NCBI GenBank assembly: GCA_018304105.1
Contig: JAGVWX010000018.1
Coordinates: forward strand, 13,336-77,335
Origin: Candidatus Pacearchaeota archaeon
GTDB taxonomy: Archaea > Nanobdellota > Nanobdellia > Pacearchaeales > GW2011-AR1
Length of the DNA stretch: 64,000 nt
Direction: 5' to 3'
Shown: piece after piece, positions 1 through 8,773 of the stretch
Layout: every line of letters starts with the position of its first letter
Position numbering within the stretch: position 1 is the first letter of the stretch
Translations under genes and position numbers: made by a program
Notes under the pieces: model-generated
The model's database searches: none
Seen by the model: only the letters and a program-made list of their open reading frames with translations
Told to the model about the DNA's origin: nothing

Positions 1-1
1 T

Positions 2-2494
2 ACTTTCGCGGCTACTGCGCATTGGGAATGCAAGGCGGGATGCAATTGCGTAGACGGGACTCCTCCGAAAGGCGCGAAGGGAGAATGGACTAATGTTTAT
101 CCGTCGCAAAAACTTGCGCAACAGTCGCAGGACATTTGCGTGAGCTTAGGAGATTGCGGGAAGAAAGCAAACTACAAAGGTGAGGGAGGAATTTCATTTA
201 ATTCTGGATACAAATTCAAGATAAACGCTTATGACGGAATGCCAAAAGAAGAGCCGGAAAAAAAGCCGAGGGAAGTTTCAAGACCGATACTTTTTGGAGT
301 TGATGATTCAAAGCCAATTCCAGGAAAATATATTGACGCAGATTATGGGGGTTTGTTTGGTGAAGTTACTGACGGAGATTCTGGCGGAGGCGGAGATGAA
401 GGAGAAGAAAGCGGGGGAGTTGGACCTGGAGCCCCAAGCTTCAAGCCTGCTGACACAATGACTGCTTCGCTTGCATTGGGCGGGGTTACTGGAGCGACTG
501 CACTTGGTATGGGTATTGCGATGAAAGCTGGAGCGTTTACTACAACAACCACAACCACAATCCCTGGTGCTGGAACGATCGCTCCAACTTATGTTCAAAT
601 AGAAGGCTCATGGTTGGTAGATAAAAGTGGGGTAGCTGCTACTCAACCAGCTACGACTACCACTACTTCTGTATCTCCAACGGCTGTTGCGTTTCAAGCA
701 GCATCAATGGGCGCAGCAATTGGAGCAGCAGTTGTCTTACTCCTTGTGGGAATTTCTGGAATTGGGGCAGGTGTTGGAACTGGAGGAACAATTGCTTATG
801 GGGCTGGGGGAGCAATTGGTGGTGCAATGATTGGAACGACTTGGGCAGCTAGCTCTGCAGCATCAGCAGTTGCCACACAGGCTGCTGGACAAGGAACAGC
901 AACGGCTTCACAAATAGCAATGAATACTTTTGCGTCCGCACACCCAGCATTTATGGGGGCTATAAAAGTATTGGGCCCTGTTGTCATGATAATCGTCATC
1001 GCAGACATAATCGTGCAATGGATGGCGGGAGTTGGGGACATTAAAACAGTCGAAGCGGTGTTTGAATGTGGGTTATGGCAGCCGCCGAAAGGAAGCGAGA
1101 CATCATGCGATAAGTGCGGGGAAGATGGATTGCCTTGCAGTAGATACTCATGCGAGAGCCTTGGGAAAGATTGCGAGTTTGCAGGAGAAAGCGAAGGAGT
1201 TCAGGGAGAAGAAGGAACTAATTTATGCATTTACAATCCAAGAAATGACGTAAGCGGGCCGATAATAACTAATATTACAAAAGAAGCTTTGACAAATGGT
1301 TTTGAATATGCTAACGAGGAACTGGGAAAGGCAAGCTCGAGTTTTGAAATAGAAAAGAAAGATGCTGATGGAAAATGTGTAAATCAAATGGAATCTTTCG
1401 GATTCGGGTTTGAAATTAACGAGCACGGCGAATGCAAATATTCGTATGAGCAAGACAAGAACTTTAGCGAGATGACTCAGTTCGGAAACAACCTTCTTTC
1501 CAAAAAGCATTCGGATGTCTTTTCCATGACAGAAGTTCCTTTTGAAGGAGATGAAAAGAAAGACGTTACGATGTACATAAGATGCAGAGATTACAGTTCG
1601 GGGGAAGAAGGAGGAAATATCGGAGCAGAGAATTTCGTGAAGTTCTGCATTGACCCTGTTGACTTGACTCCGCCAGTTGTTGTGAGCAGTGACGATGGAA
1701 GGCTGCTAAAACACGGAATTAAGAATTATACAATAAGAGTTGAGTTTAACGAAGATGTCAGCGAGGCGCGGCTAGGATTTACAGACGCACCTTACGATGA
1801 ATTAGAATATGCAATGACATGCAGCGGAAAGGTCTGTTCTGTTGATGTGCCTCTAAATCCTGGAACGAACAATTACTACGTTAAGGCAAAGGACTTGAAA
1901 GGAAATGTAAATGAGCAAGGCACAAAAATAACAATTGTAGAGAGCGCACAAAAGTTGGTGATTTCATCGGTTTCACCTGATAATGAAACAATAGAAACTG
2001 GAGATGCAGCGACTTCAGTAGATATGGAAATTACAACCGAAGGAGGTTATGATGGAACGGCAAGCTGCACATTTTCAATTAATAACGGATTAAGTGAATT
2101 TTTCAAAGAAACTGGGGGGGAAACACATAAACAAACATTTAGCAGATTAACTCCTGGAACTTATAATTTTGAATTTTTGTGCGTTGATAAGGCTAGCAAT
2201 GAAGCGAGTGAAAAGACAAAATTAGTTATCAAAAGAGATTCTGTCTATCCTGAAATTACAAGAGTTTATGATGAGTCGGGGACCTTGACGGTTATAACAA
2301 AAGAAGACGCGACATGCAGTTACACGAACGCAAATTGCAACTTTAACTCTGATGAAAGCAGTTTAATGGATGGAAGCGGAGCGATTCACACAACTTCCTT
2401 GGATTATGATGTTGAATATTTCATTAAATGCAGAGATAAGCATGGAAACGAGCCAGGCGAGTGCAGCATTGTAGTTAAAGGAAGTGAATTTTGA
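2..2494 (+). CDS. Large Cys-rich / Gly-zipper TM / Ig-like surface protein, 5'-partial. Appears to be an in-frame fusion of a paralog of the 3693..5636 family with a paralog of 6305..8740
   Basis: Frame 2 is open from base 2, so the track start at 140 is an internal GTG. The first ~60 residues (HWECKAGCNC...ICVSLGDCGKKANYKGEGG...GYKF) align with the C-terminus of the 3693..5636 product (DWKCIKNCEC...LCMAIGDCGPKVNIAGQSG...GYKI). The rest is colinear with 6305..8740: Gly/Ala/Thr-rich TM block, FECGLWQPP...PCSRYSCESLGKDCE motif and a conserved C-terminal domain. Confidence 0.6.
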   Translation, partial: TFAATAHWECKAGCNCVDGTPPKGAKGEWTNVYPSQKLAQQSQDICVSLGDCGKKANYKGEGGISFNSGYKFKINAYDGMPKEEPEKKPREVSRPILFGVDDSKPIPGKYIDADYGGLFGEVTDGDSGGGGDEGEESGGVGPGAPSFKPADTMTASLALGGVTGATALGMGIAMKAGAFTTTTTTTIPGAGTIAPTYVQIEGSWLVDKSGVAATQPATTTTTSVSPTAVAFQAASMGAAIGAAVVLLLVGISGIGAGVGTGGTIAYGAGGAIGGAMIGTTWAASSAASAVATQAAGQGTATASQIAMNTFASAHPAFMGAIKVLGPVVMIIVIADIIVQWMAGVGDIKTVEAVFECGLWQPPKGSETSCDKCGEDGLPCSRYSCESLGKDCEFAGESEGVQGEEGTNLCIYNPRNDVSGPIITNITKEALTNGFEYANEELGKASSSFEIEKKDADGKCVNQMESFGFGFEINEHGECKYSYEQDKNFSEMTQFGNNLLSKKHSDVFSMTEVPFEGDEKKDVTMYIRCRDYSSGEEGGNIGAENFVKFCIDPVDLTPPVVVSSDDGRLLKHGIKNYTIRVEFNEDVSEARLGFTDAPYDELEYAMTCSGKVCSVDVPLNPGTNNYYVKAKDLKGNVNEQGTKITIVESAQKLVISSVSPDNETIETGDAATSVDMEITTEGGYDGTASCTFSINNGLSEFFKETGGETHKQTFSRLTPGTYNFEFLCVDKASNEASEKTKLVIKRDSVYPEITRVYDESGTLTVITKEDATCSYTNANCNFNSDESSLMDGSGAIHTTSLDYDVEYFIKCRDKHGNEPGECSIVVKGSEF

Positions 2495-2535
2495 GCAACA
2501 AAAACAATTATAAACAAATATCTCATAAGGAGAAT

Positions 2536-3360
2536 ATGAAAAAGAGGAGAACAGAAGTTCCCACGATTTCCATTTCAATGAACATGGCTGAAATGAAAAA
2601 AGGAGGGCAGATAACTGCTTACATTATTGTGGCAATTGTTATTGTGGTTTTCGGAGTGCTAATCTACTTTTTGTATCCGAAAATAAGCGAGATAATTGCG
2701 GGAGATACGGAACCTAGCGATTATATGCGGACGTGCATTCAGCCTGAATTGGACAGAGGACTTGAGCTAATTTCAAAGCAAGGAGGTTACATCAATCCAG
2801 AAGGGTATATTGAGTATCGGAGCGTTCCGATAAAATATCTTTGTTACACTTCGAGATATTATGTTCCCTGCTATGTACAGCAGCCGCTTTTGGTTGCGCA
2901 TGTTGAAAAAGAACTCCAAGATTTGTTGAAGAGCAAAGCAGAAGAATGCGCTGGAGAATTGAAAGATTACTATCAAACCAGAGGATATCAAGTTACTGGA
3001 GGAAATAGCGCGGATGTCGAGGTTTCGATTGCGCCGAAAAGAATTGATGTTCAAATTGATTCGCCTATGACGTTCACGAAGGAAACGACCCAAGAGTTTC
3101 AGACATTTAGGTTTGCTAAGTCAAGCGAGCTCTACACTTTGCTGATGACTGCAATGAGCATAATTGATTTTGAATCGACTTATGGGGACTCGGAAGTTAC
3201 TATTTATATGCAGTACTATCCAGAGCTGCAGCTTAGGAAGATGAAGTTGATGGACGGCTCTAAAATCTACAGTATAAAAAACGTTAAAACCTCTGAAACT
3301 TTCACTTTTGCGTCAAGAAGTTTGGCGTGGCCCGGAGGACTTGGACTGAAAGCAACATGA
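2536..3360 (+). CDS. Secreted/anchored protein with a class III (prepilin-like) signal; start ambiguous (2491 TTG, 2536, 2578-2593 ATGs)
   Basis: aaggag precedes the ATG at 2536. The internal MAEMKKGG-QITAYIIVAIVIVVFGVLIYF resembles an archaeal type IV pilin leader: short basic leader, Gly, then a hydrophobic helix. It lies between the two surface-module copies. Confidence 0.55.
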   Translation: MKKRRTEVPTISISMNMAEMKKGGQITAYIIVAIVIVVFGVLIYFLYPKISEIIAGDTEPSDYMRTCIQPELDRGLELISKQGGYINPEGYIEYRSVPIKYLCYTSRYYVPCYVQQPLLVAHVEKELQDLLKSKAEECAGELKDYYQTRGYQVTGGNSADVEVSIAPKRIDVQIDSPMTFTKETTQEFQTFRFAKSSELYTLLMTAMSIIDFESTYGDSEVTIYMQYYPELQLRKMKLMDGSKIYSIKNVKTSETFTFASRSLAWPGGLGLKAT

Positions 3361-3430
3361 AAGAGACAAACACGGTAAATAAGGAAAAGAGATACGATGG
3401 ATTTGCGATTGCGAGTTTTGTGCGAGTTTT

Positions 3431-3691
3431 GTGCTCGGACTGATATCTATTGCTCTGGTTTTAGGTATTTTTATTAATTTTAGGATGCTGTCAGGAGTTA
3501 TTTTATTCTCGCCAATTTCAGCTTTATTATCACTAATATTTGGAATTATTGCTTTAGTGAGAATTAAAAGAAATGAAAATAAGAAAGGAATGCTATTTGC
3601 TATCTTCGGCATGTTATTATCTATTTTTATCTTTTCTGTGGTTTTTGTGGTTCTTGTGATATTAAATTCATTGAGCGGTATAATTAGTTAA
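3431..3691 (+). CDS. Small multi-pass membrane protein (DUF4190-like)
   Basis: GTG start; hydrophobic helices with IFGIIALVRIKRNENKKG between them; an 11-nt tandem duplication overlaps the start. Confidence 0.45.
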   Translation: MLGLISIALVLGIFINFRMLSGVILFSPISALLSLIFGIIALVRIKRNENKKGMLFAIFGMLLSIFIFSVVFVVLVILNSLSGIIS

Positions 3692-3692
3692 C

Positions 3693-5636
3693 ATGAAAAA
3701 CAACAAAAAAATCAGCTCTGGGATTGGTTTGTTAGTCTTGACTTTAATGACAGTTGTTGTTTTTTCTGGGGCTGTTTATGCTGGAGAAAAAGTTGGGACA
3801 ACTGATGTGACTGTTTGCTGCCAGAAGACAAACTCGGGGTTGAATTGCCAGGATGTTTTGGAAGAAGAGTGCGCGAGCGAGTCTGAATTCGCGCTGCCGA
3901 CCGCATGCTCGTCAACAGGTCCTTGCGACCCTGGATATTGCTATGACGATGATGAAGGAACTTGCTTAGATAATGTTCCGAAAATGGTTTGCAATGAAGA
4001 AGGAGGAATATGGTCTTCTGAAAAGCCCGCTGCTTGCGGGTTGGGGTGCTGCATTCTTGGAGACCAAGCGTCATTTGTAACGCTTGTTAGATGCAAGAGA
4101 CTTTCGAGTTATTACGGGCTTAATATAAATTACAATCCAGATATTCAGAACGAAGCGCAGTGCATTCTTGCAGCGAAATCTGATGAAAGAGGAGCATGCG
4201 TGTTTGAAGAAGAGTTTGAACAGACATGCAAGATGACGACAAGGTCGCAATGCACTGCCGATATTGTTTCTGATACAACAACTTCTGATACAACAACTTC
4301 TGATACAACAACTTCTGATACAACAACTTCTGATACGACAACGACTGCTACAACAACTAGCACAGCAACGGCTACAACAACTGAAGGCACATCAGGAACC
4401 ACAACATCTCAGACGAGCACCGAAACGGACAGCACTGGAATATTGCAAAGTCCCGATGGATGCACAGTTATAGATGATAAAATAAAGTTCTGCCCGAAGA
4501 TGCTGTGTTCCGCGCCCGAGCTTGACACGAACTGCGGGAAGAGCGAGGATACAACTTGCATAGAAGGAAAAGAAGAAGTTTATTTCAAAGACACATGCGG
4601 AAATCCTGCTAATGTTTATGATGCTGCAAAAATAAGGGACGACAATTATTGGACTTATTTGGTTGATAAGGCAGAAGCGTGCAGAGCGGGAGACGCGAAT
4701 ATTAATTCGCAGACTTGCGGAAATTGCAATTATCTTCTTGGAAGTTTCTGCTCGGCAACTAATTCTGAGACAACTAAGCCAACTTACGGCGATAATATCT
4801 GCATAGATTTGAATTGCCCTGCTTCGGACATGACTAATGGGGAGGCAAAGCTCCATGGGGAAAGCTGGTGCGGATTTGACACGAACAGGGATTTTACTTT
4901 CCAGGAGACGACGCAGGATGCATTCACGCAGTTATTTGATGAGGCGCTGAGAAATGTCAAGTCAAAAGTTCCGATAAATTCAAATTTTCTTGGAGGAGAT
5001 GTTCCTGTTGGAAGCAAGTTTTATAGATACATCTGTTCGCATGGAGAAGTAATTGTTGAACCGTGCGCAGATTTCAGGCAGGAAGAATGCATTGAGAATA
5101 ACGTTGCAGGATACAGCGAGGCGGCGTGCAGAGTAAACAGATGGCAGGACTGCACTTCGATATTTAAGAAATTAGATTGCGAGAACTCTGACAGGAGAGA
5201 TTGCATTTGGATGGATGGAATTGAATATACATTAATGGGAGGAATTGCGAACGGCTCCACGATTGATAAAACATCTTTGAGCGCGGCGAAAGGAGAACTG
5301 GCGAAGATTAAGACTGGAGAAAGAGAGCTTGGAGCGTGCGTTCCGAAGATTCCTCCTGGATTGAAATTCTGGGGAACTGAAGAAGGAGATAATGCTGAAG
5401 CATCTGGAATTTGCTCGCAAGCGAATGCTGTATGCCCGGTAACTTACGAGAAAGGGTTGACTGGGGGAGATTGGAAGTGCATAAAGAATTGTGAATGCTT
5501 GGACCAGGCAAACCAGCTGAAGAGAGTGCAATTGTGCATGGCTATCGGAGATTGCGGGCCAAAAGTTAACATTGCCGGCCAATCCGGAAGAAAAGCAGGA
5601 TATAAGATTTTTGAAGAGGAATTGAAGAAGAAGTAA
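3693..5636 (+). CDS. Secreted Cys-rich protein with a Thr-rich mucin-like linker
   Basis: Signal peptide MKNNKKISSGIGLLVLTLMTVVVFSGAVYA, dozens of Cys, SDTTT x5 linker. The C-terminal GDCG...GYK module is shared with the first residues of the window. Confidence 0.8.
   Translation: MKNNKKISSGIGLLVLTLMTVVVFSGAVYAGEKVGTTDVTVCCQKTNSGLNCQDVLEEECASESEFALPTACSSTGPCDPGYCYDDDEGTCLDNVPKMVCNEEGGIWSSEKPAACGLGCCILGDQASFVTLVRCKRLSSYYGLNINYNPDIQNEAQCILAAKSDERGACVFEEEFEQTCKMTTRSQCTADIVSDTTTSDTTTSDTTTSDTTTSDTTTTATTTSTATATTTEGTSGTTTSQTSTETDSTGILQSPDGCTVIDDKIKFCPKMLCSAPELDTNCGKSEDTTCIEGKEEVYFKDTCGNPANVYDAAKIRDDNYWTYLVDKAEACRAGDANINSQTCGNCNYLLGSFCSATNSETTKPTYGDNICIDLNCPASDMTNGEAKLHGESWCGFDTNRDFTFQETTQDAFTQLFDEALRNVKSKVPINSNFLGGDVPVGSKFYRYICSHGEVIVEPCADFRQEECIENNVAGYSEAACRVNRWQDCTSIFKKLDCENSDRRDCIWMDGIEYTLMGGIANGSTIDKTSLSAAKGELAKIKTGERELGACVPKIPPGLKFWGTEEGDNAEASGICSQANAVCPVTYEKGLTGGDWKCIKNCECLDQANQLKRVQLCMAIGDCGPKVNIAGQSGRKAGYKIFEEELKKK
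4269..4343 (+). repeat. 15-nt tandem repeat (tctgatacaacaact x4 plus one variant) encoding (SDTTT)5
   Basis: Direct reading of lines 4261-4340. Confidence 0.9.
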
Positions 5637-5637
5637 A

Positions 5638-6012
5638 ATGAAAGATGAAACAAAAAAATGGATTGAACAAGCAGAAGCGGACTTGAAGACCGCGAGAAAT
5701 AGTCTAGCAAGCAAGGATTTCTATGCTTCGAGTTTTTGGGCTCAGCAGGCCGTTGAGAAAATTTTAAAAGCGTTCATCATGAAGAAAGAAAATAAGCTAA
5801 TCAAGATGCATGATTTAGTTATTCTGGGAAGAAAAGCTAAATTGCCAATTGAACTTTTATCAAAGTGCGAAAGGCTTTCAAAAGCGTACATTGAATCAAG
5901 ATATGGCCTTTTGGGAGGAGAAATTCCTGCCGAAAAATTCAAACAGGCAGATGCTGAAAATTTTTTAAACATAGCGGAGGAAATTACCATATGGCTAAAA
6001 AAGAAGATTTGA
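5638..6012 (+). CDS. HEPN domain protein (toxin-like partner of MNT)
   Basis: ~120-aa all-helical protein, KWIEQAEADLKTA...AQQAVEKILKA...ESRYG, overlapping a minimal nucleotidyltransferase gene. Confidence 0.7.
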   Translation: MKDETKKWIEQAEADLKTARNSLASKDFYASSFWAQQAVEKILKAFIMKKENKLIKMHDLVILGRKAKLPIELLSKCERLSKAYIESRYGLLGGEIPAEKFKQADAENFLNIAEEITIWLKKKI

Positions 6013-6308
6013 AAATAGTGAAAGAATTCAAGAAGAAAATATCTGAAAAGATACCTGTAAAAAAAGTAATTTTATTTGGCAGTAGAGCTACAGGAAAGAC
6101 TCATGAATGGAGCGATTATGATATTATTGTGGTAAGTGATGAATTTGAAGGGGAAAAAACATTTGAGCGAGGCATAGGATTTTATGATTACTGGGAGCAT
6201 GATTATCCTGTTGATTTTCTATGCTACACGATTGCGGAGTTTAATAGATTGAAAAAGAAGGCGACAATTGTAAAAGAAGCGATGAAAGAAGGTATTGAAA
6301 TAAAATGA
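5991..6308 (+). CDS. Minimal nucleotidyltransferase (MNT) antitoxin-like protein
   Basis: ILFGSRATGKTHEWSDYDIIVV matches the GSx(n)DxD NTase motif; 22-nt overlap with the HEPN gene. Confidence 0.75.
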   Translation: MAKKEDLKIVKEFKKKISEKIPVKKVILFGSRATGKTHEWSDYDIIVVSDEFEGEKTFERGIGFYDYWEHDYPVDFLCYTIAEFNRLKKKATIVKEAMKEGIEIK

Positions 6309-8740
6309 AACAAGGAAAAAGAAAATTAATTGCGTTTGGAGAAATGTTTTTGTTAGTGAGCATGAGCTTTGCGGTGGCGTTTATGCTGAGCGAAAGTATT
6401 GGGGGAAGAGTGGACGCTGACGCTATGTCTGACGCATTTGCGGCTAGCGCACAAACGGGAGGAGGACCGCCTGTCCAAACTGGTGGCGGAGGACTTGTTG
6501 GTAATTTTAATCCTAACCTTCCTACTCAAAATGCTCTTGCGCCTCCGCCTGCGACGCTGACTCCTGCAGGTGCGGGGACTTTTGGTGGGGCGCCCGGCGG
6601 CGTTGCTCCTCCTGATGGACCTCTTAGTATCGGCACTACTGTTGGAGGCGCATCGGTTGTGCCTGCCGGAACACAAATAGTTGCTGGTTCAGTAATTGGA
6701 CCGGGTTCTGTCTTGCAGAGCGGTACAGCAACATTATCAAATGGTGTGGTGCTTCAGGCTGGACAGGCCGTCCCAAATGGCATGACTGCTACTCTTGCTT
6801 CTAATGGTGTGATGGGTGGAAGTGGGGGGTCTGTGAGTGGCGCTGGTTCGACTTTACAAACATTTACTGGTGGACCTGCTGCGGGCGGTGGTGCAGGCGC
6901 GGACTTAATGGGTTCAATATTTGGGGGAAAAGCATTTGGGGCAGGGGTTGGTGGGGCATTATTCTCGGGATTGGTTTGGGGGGCGATTGCTGGGGGAATT
7001 GCATATTTTGTTGCAGGAATGTTTGGGCAGACTAAGAAACAAGCAGAGTCTATTGGACTGGGCGTCGGGGCTGGAGCATTTGTTGGCTCGAGCTTGTATC
7101 TTTATGGGTCGAATTATGTGCTTGCGTATCCTGGAGCCCAGCTTGCGTTTTACAATACTGCGTTCGGGGCTGCGATTATAGGAATTGGAGTTGCTGCTGT
7201 CATAATCATTATGACTTACAAGAAAGAAAAGAAAGAATTAGTGAGATTTGAGTGCCAAGCGTGGGAGCCGCCGACTGGAGGTTCGAGATGTGATGACTGC
7301 AACAATAATCCATTGCTGCCTTGCTCGGAATACAGATGCAGAAGCCTTGGACAGGCTTGCGAGATTGCCAACCCCGGAACAACGGAAGAGAAATGTTTTT
7401 GGAAAAGCAAAGGAGATACTTCAGCTCCGCATATGGTTCCTTGGGATGAAGCGCTTAGCCCCGATGGATTAAAATATTATCCTGATGCTGAAATCAGTCC
7501 GCCGAACAGAGGTTTTGTGATTAAGGATAGCGCCGGAAGTGATACATGTTTGCCCGCTTTCAGCAATCTTGAATTTGGCGTGAAGACGGACGAGCCGGCT
7601 CAATGCAGAGTTGATTACAGCGCGAAGAACACGTATAGTGAAATGCAGTTTTTGCTTGGGGAGTCAGGCTTATTCCTTGAGGAACACACACAAAGATTGA
7701 AAGTCCCGAACACTCAGCAAGAAGGGGATGTGATTCCAGAGATAGGAGTTGATGGAACATTCAAGTTGTGGGTGAGATGCATTGACTCGAATGGAAATGG
7801 AGAAGACAGTGCGGCAGTTGCTTTCAGTTTCTGTGTTGACAAAGGTCCTGACACGACGCAACCAACTATTGAAGGAAGCTCGATTGAATCTGGAATGCCT
7901 GTGCAGTTTGATGTGGATGCTGTGCCGATTGAAATTTATGTAAACGAGCCGAGCGAATGCAAGTGGAGCAGACTTGACAAGGTGTACAGCGATATGGAAA
8001 ACGTAATGGAATGCGGAACAGATAATTATCAGATTAACGCTGACTTGAATTATGTTTGCAATTCTCAATTAACTGGAGTTGTGAACAGGCAGGACAACTG
8101 GTTTTATTTCAGATGCGAGGACACTGCGGGGAATGTTATGGTAACGAGCTATCCTCTGCTGTTGAAAGGAACTGAAGAATTAGTAATCACGAAGACCGGA
8201 CCGACTGGAGAATTTACCGGAAGCACGAACGTAATCCCTGTAACATTAGAAGTTGAAACTGCTCATGGCGCGAATAATGGGGTGGCTGCATGTTCGTTCT
8301 CTAACAGCGAGAATGGAAGATTTATCATAATGGATAATACAGAAAATAGTTACATACATAACCAGACTCTTGACTTGAGCGCAGGACAGCAGGCTTATTA
8401 CTTCAGGTGCATTGATGCTGGAGGAAATCTTGCGACAAGCAACACGAGCTTCAAAGTTACAACAGACACAACCGACCCATTGGTAACGAGAGTTTTCAAA
8501 GATGGAAATTCACTGAAGGTAATAACAAGCGAAGAAGCGAAGTGCTATTACTCGAATACGAATTGCGATTACAATCTTGCAGATGGCCTTGTAATGCTTT
8601 ATGAAGATGCAACAAAGAGAAACGTTCACACGGTAGAATGGAGCAAGACAGCCACATATTACATAAAGTGCGAGGACCTTCGAGGAAATCAGCCAAGTCC
8701 GAATGAATGCCAGATTGTTGCGAAAGCGAGCGAGATGTAA
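6305..8740 (+). CDS. Large surface protein: signal anchor, Gly/Ala/Pro low-complexity region, glycine-zipper TM bundle, juxtamembrane Cys motif, Ig-like domains
   Basis: Paralog of 140..2494: FECQAWEPPTGGSRCDDCNNNPLLPCSEYRCRSLGQACE versus FECGLWQPPKGSETSCDKCGEDGLPCSRYSCESLGKDCE. The C-terminal ...YYIKCEDLRGNQPSPNEC matches ...YFIKCRDKHGNEPGEC. Confidence 0.8.
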   Translation: MKQGKRKLIAFGEMFLLVSMSFAVAFMLSESIGGRVDADAMSDAFAASAQTGGGPPVQTGGGGLVGNFNPNLPTQNALAPPPATLTPAGAGTFGGAPGGVAPPDGPLSIGTTVGGASVVPAGTQIVAGSVIGPGSVLQSGTATLSNGVVLQAGQAVPNGMTATLASNGVMGGSGGSVSGAGSTLQTFTGGPAAGGGAGADLMGSIFGGKAFGAGVGGALFSGLVWGAIAGGIAYFVAGMFGQTKKQAESIGLGVGAGAFVGSSLYLYGSNYVLAYPGAQLAFYNTAFGAAIIGIGVAAVIIIMTYKKEKKELVRFECQAWEPPTGGSRCDDCNNNPLLPCSEYRCRSLGQACEIANPGTTEEKCFWKSKGDTSAPHMVPWDEALSPDGLKYYPDAEISPPNRGFVIKDSAGSDTCLPAFSNLEFGVKTDEPAQCRVDYSAKNTYSEMQFLLGESGLFLEEHTQRLKVPNTQQEGDVIPEIGVDGTFKLWVRCIDSNGNGEDSAAVAFSFCVDKGPDTTQPTIEGSSIESGMPVQFDVDAVPIEIYVNEPSECKWSRLDKVYSDMENVMECGTDNYQINADLNYVCNSQLTGVVNRQDNWFYFRCEDTAGNVMVTSYPLLLKGTEELVITKTGPTGEFTGSTNVIPVTLEVETAHGANNGVAACSFSNSENGRFIIMDNTENSYIHNQTLDLSAGQQAYYFRCIDAGGNLATSNTSFKVTTDTTDPLVTRVFKDGNSLKVITSEEAKCYYSNTNCDYNLADGLVMLYEDATKRNVHTVEWSKTATYYIKCEDLRGNQPSPNECQIVAKASEM

Positions 8741-8773
8741 AGTTGTATAATATCAAGCAATGAGAACCGTTGT

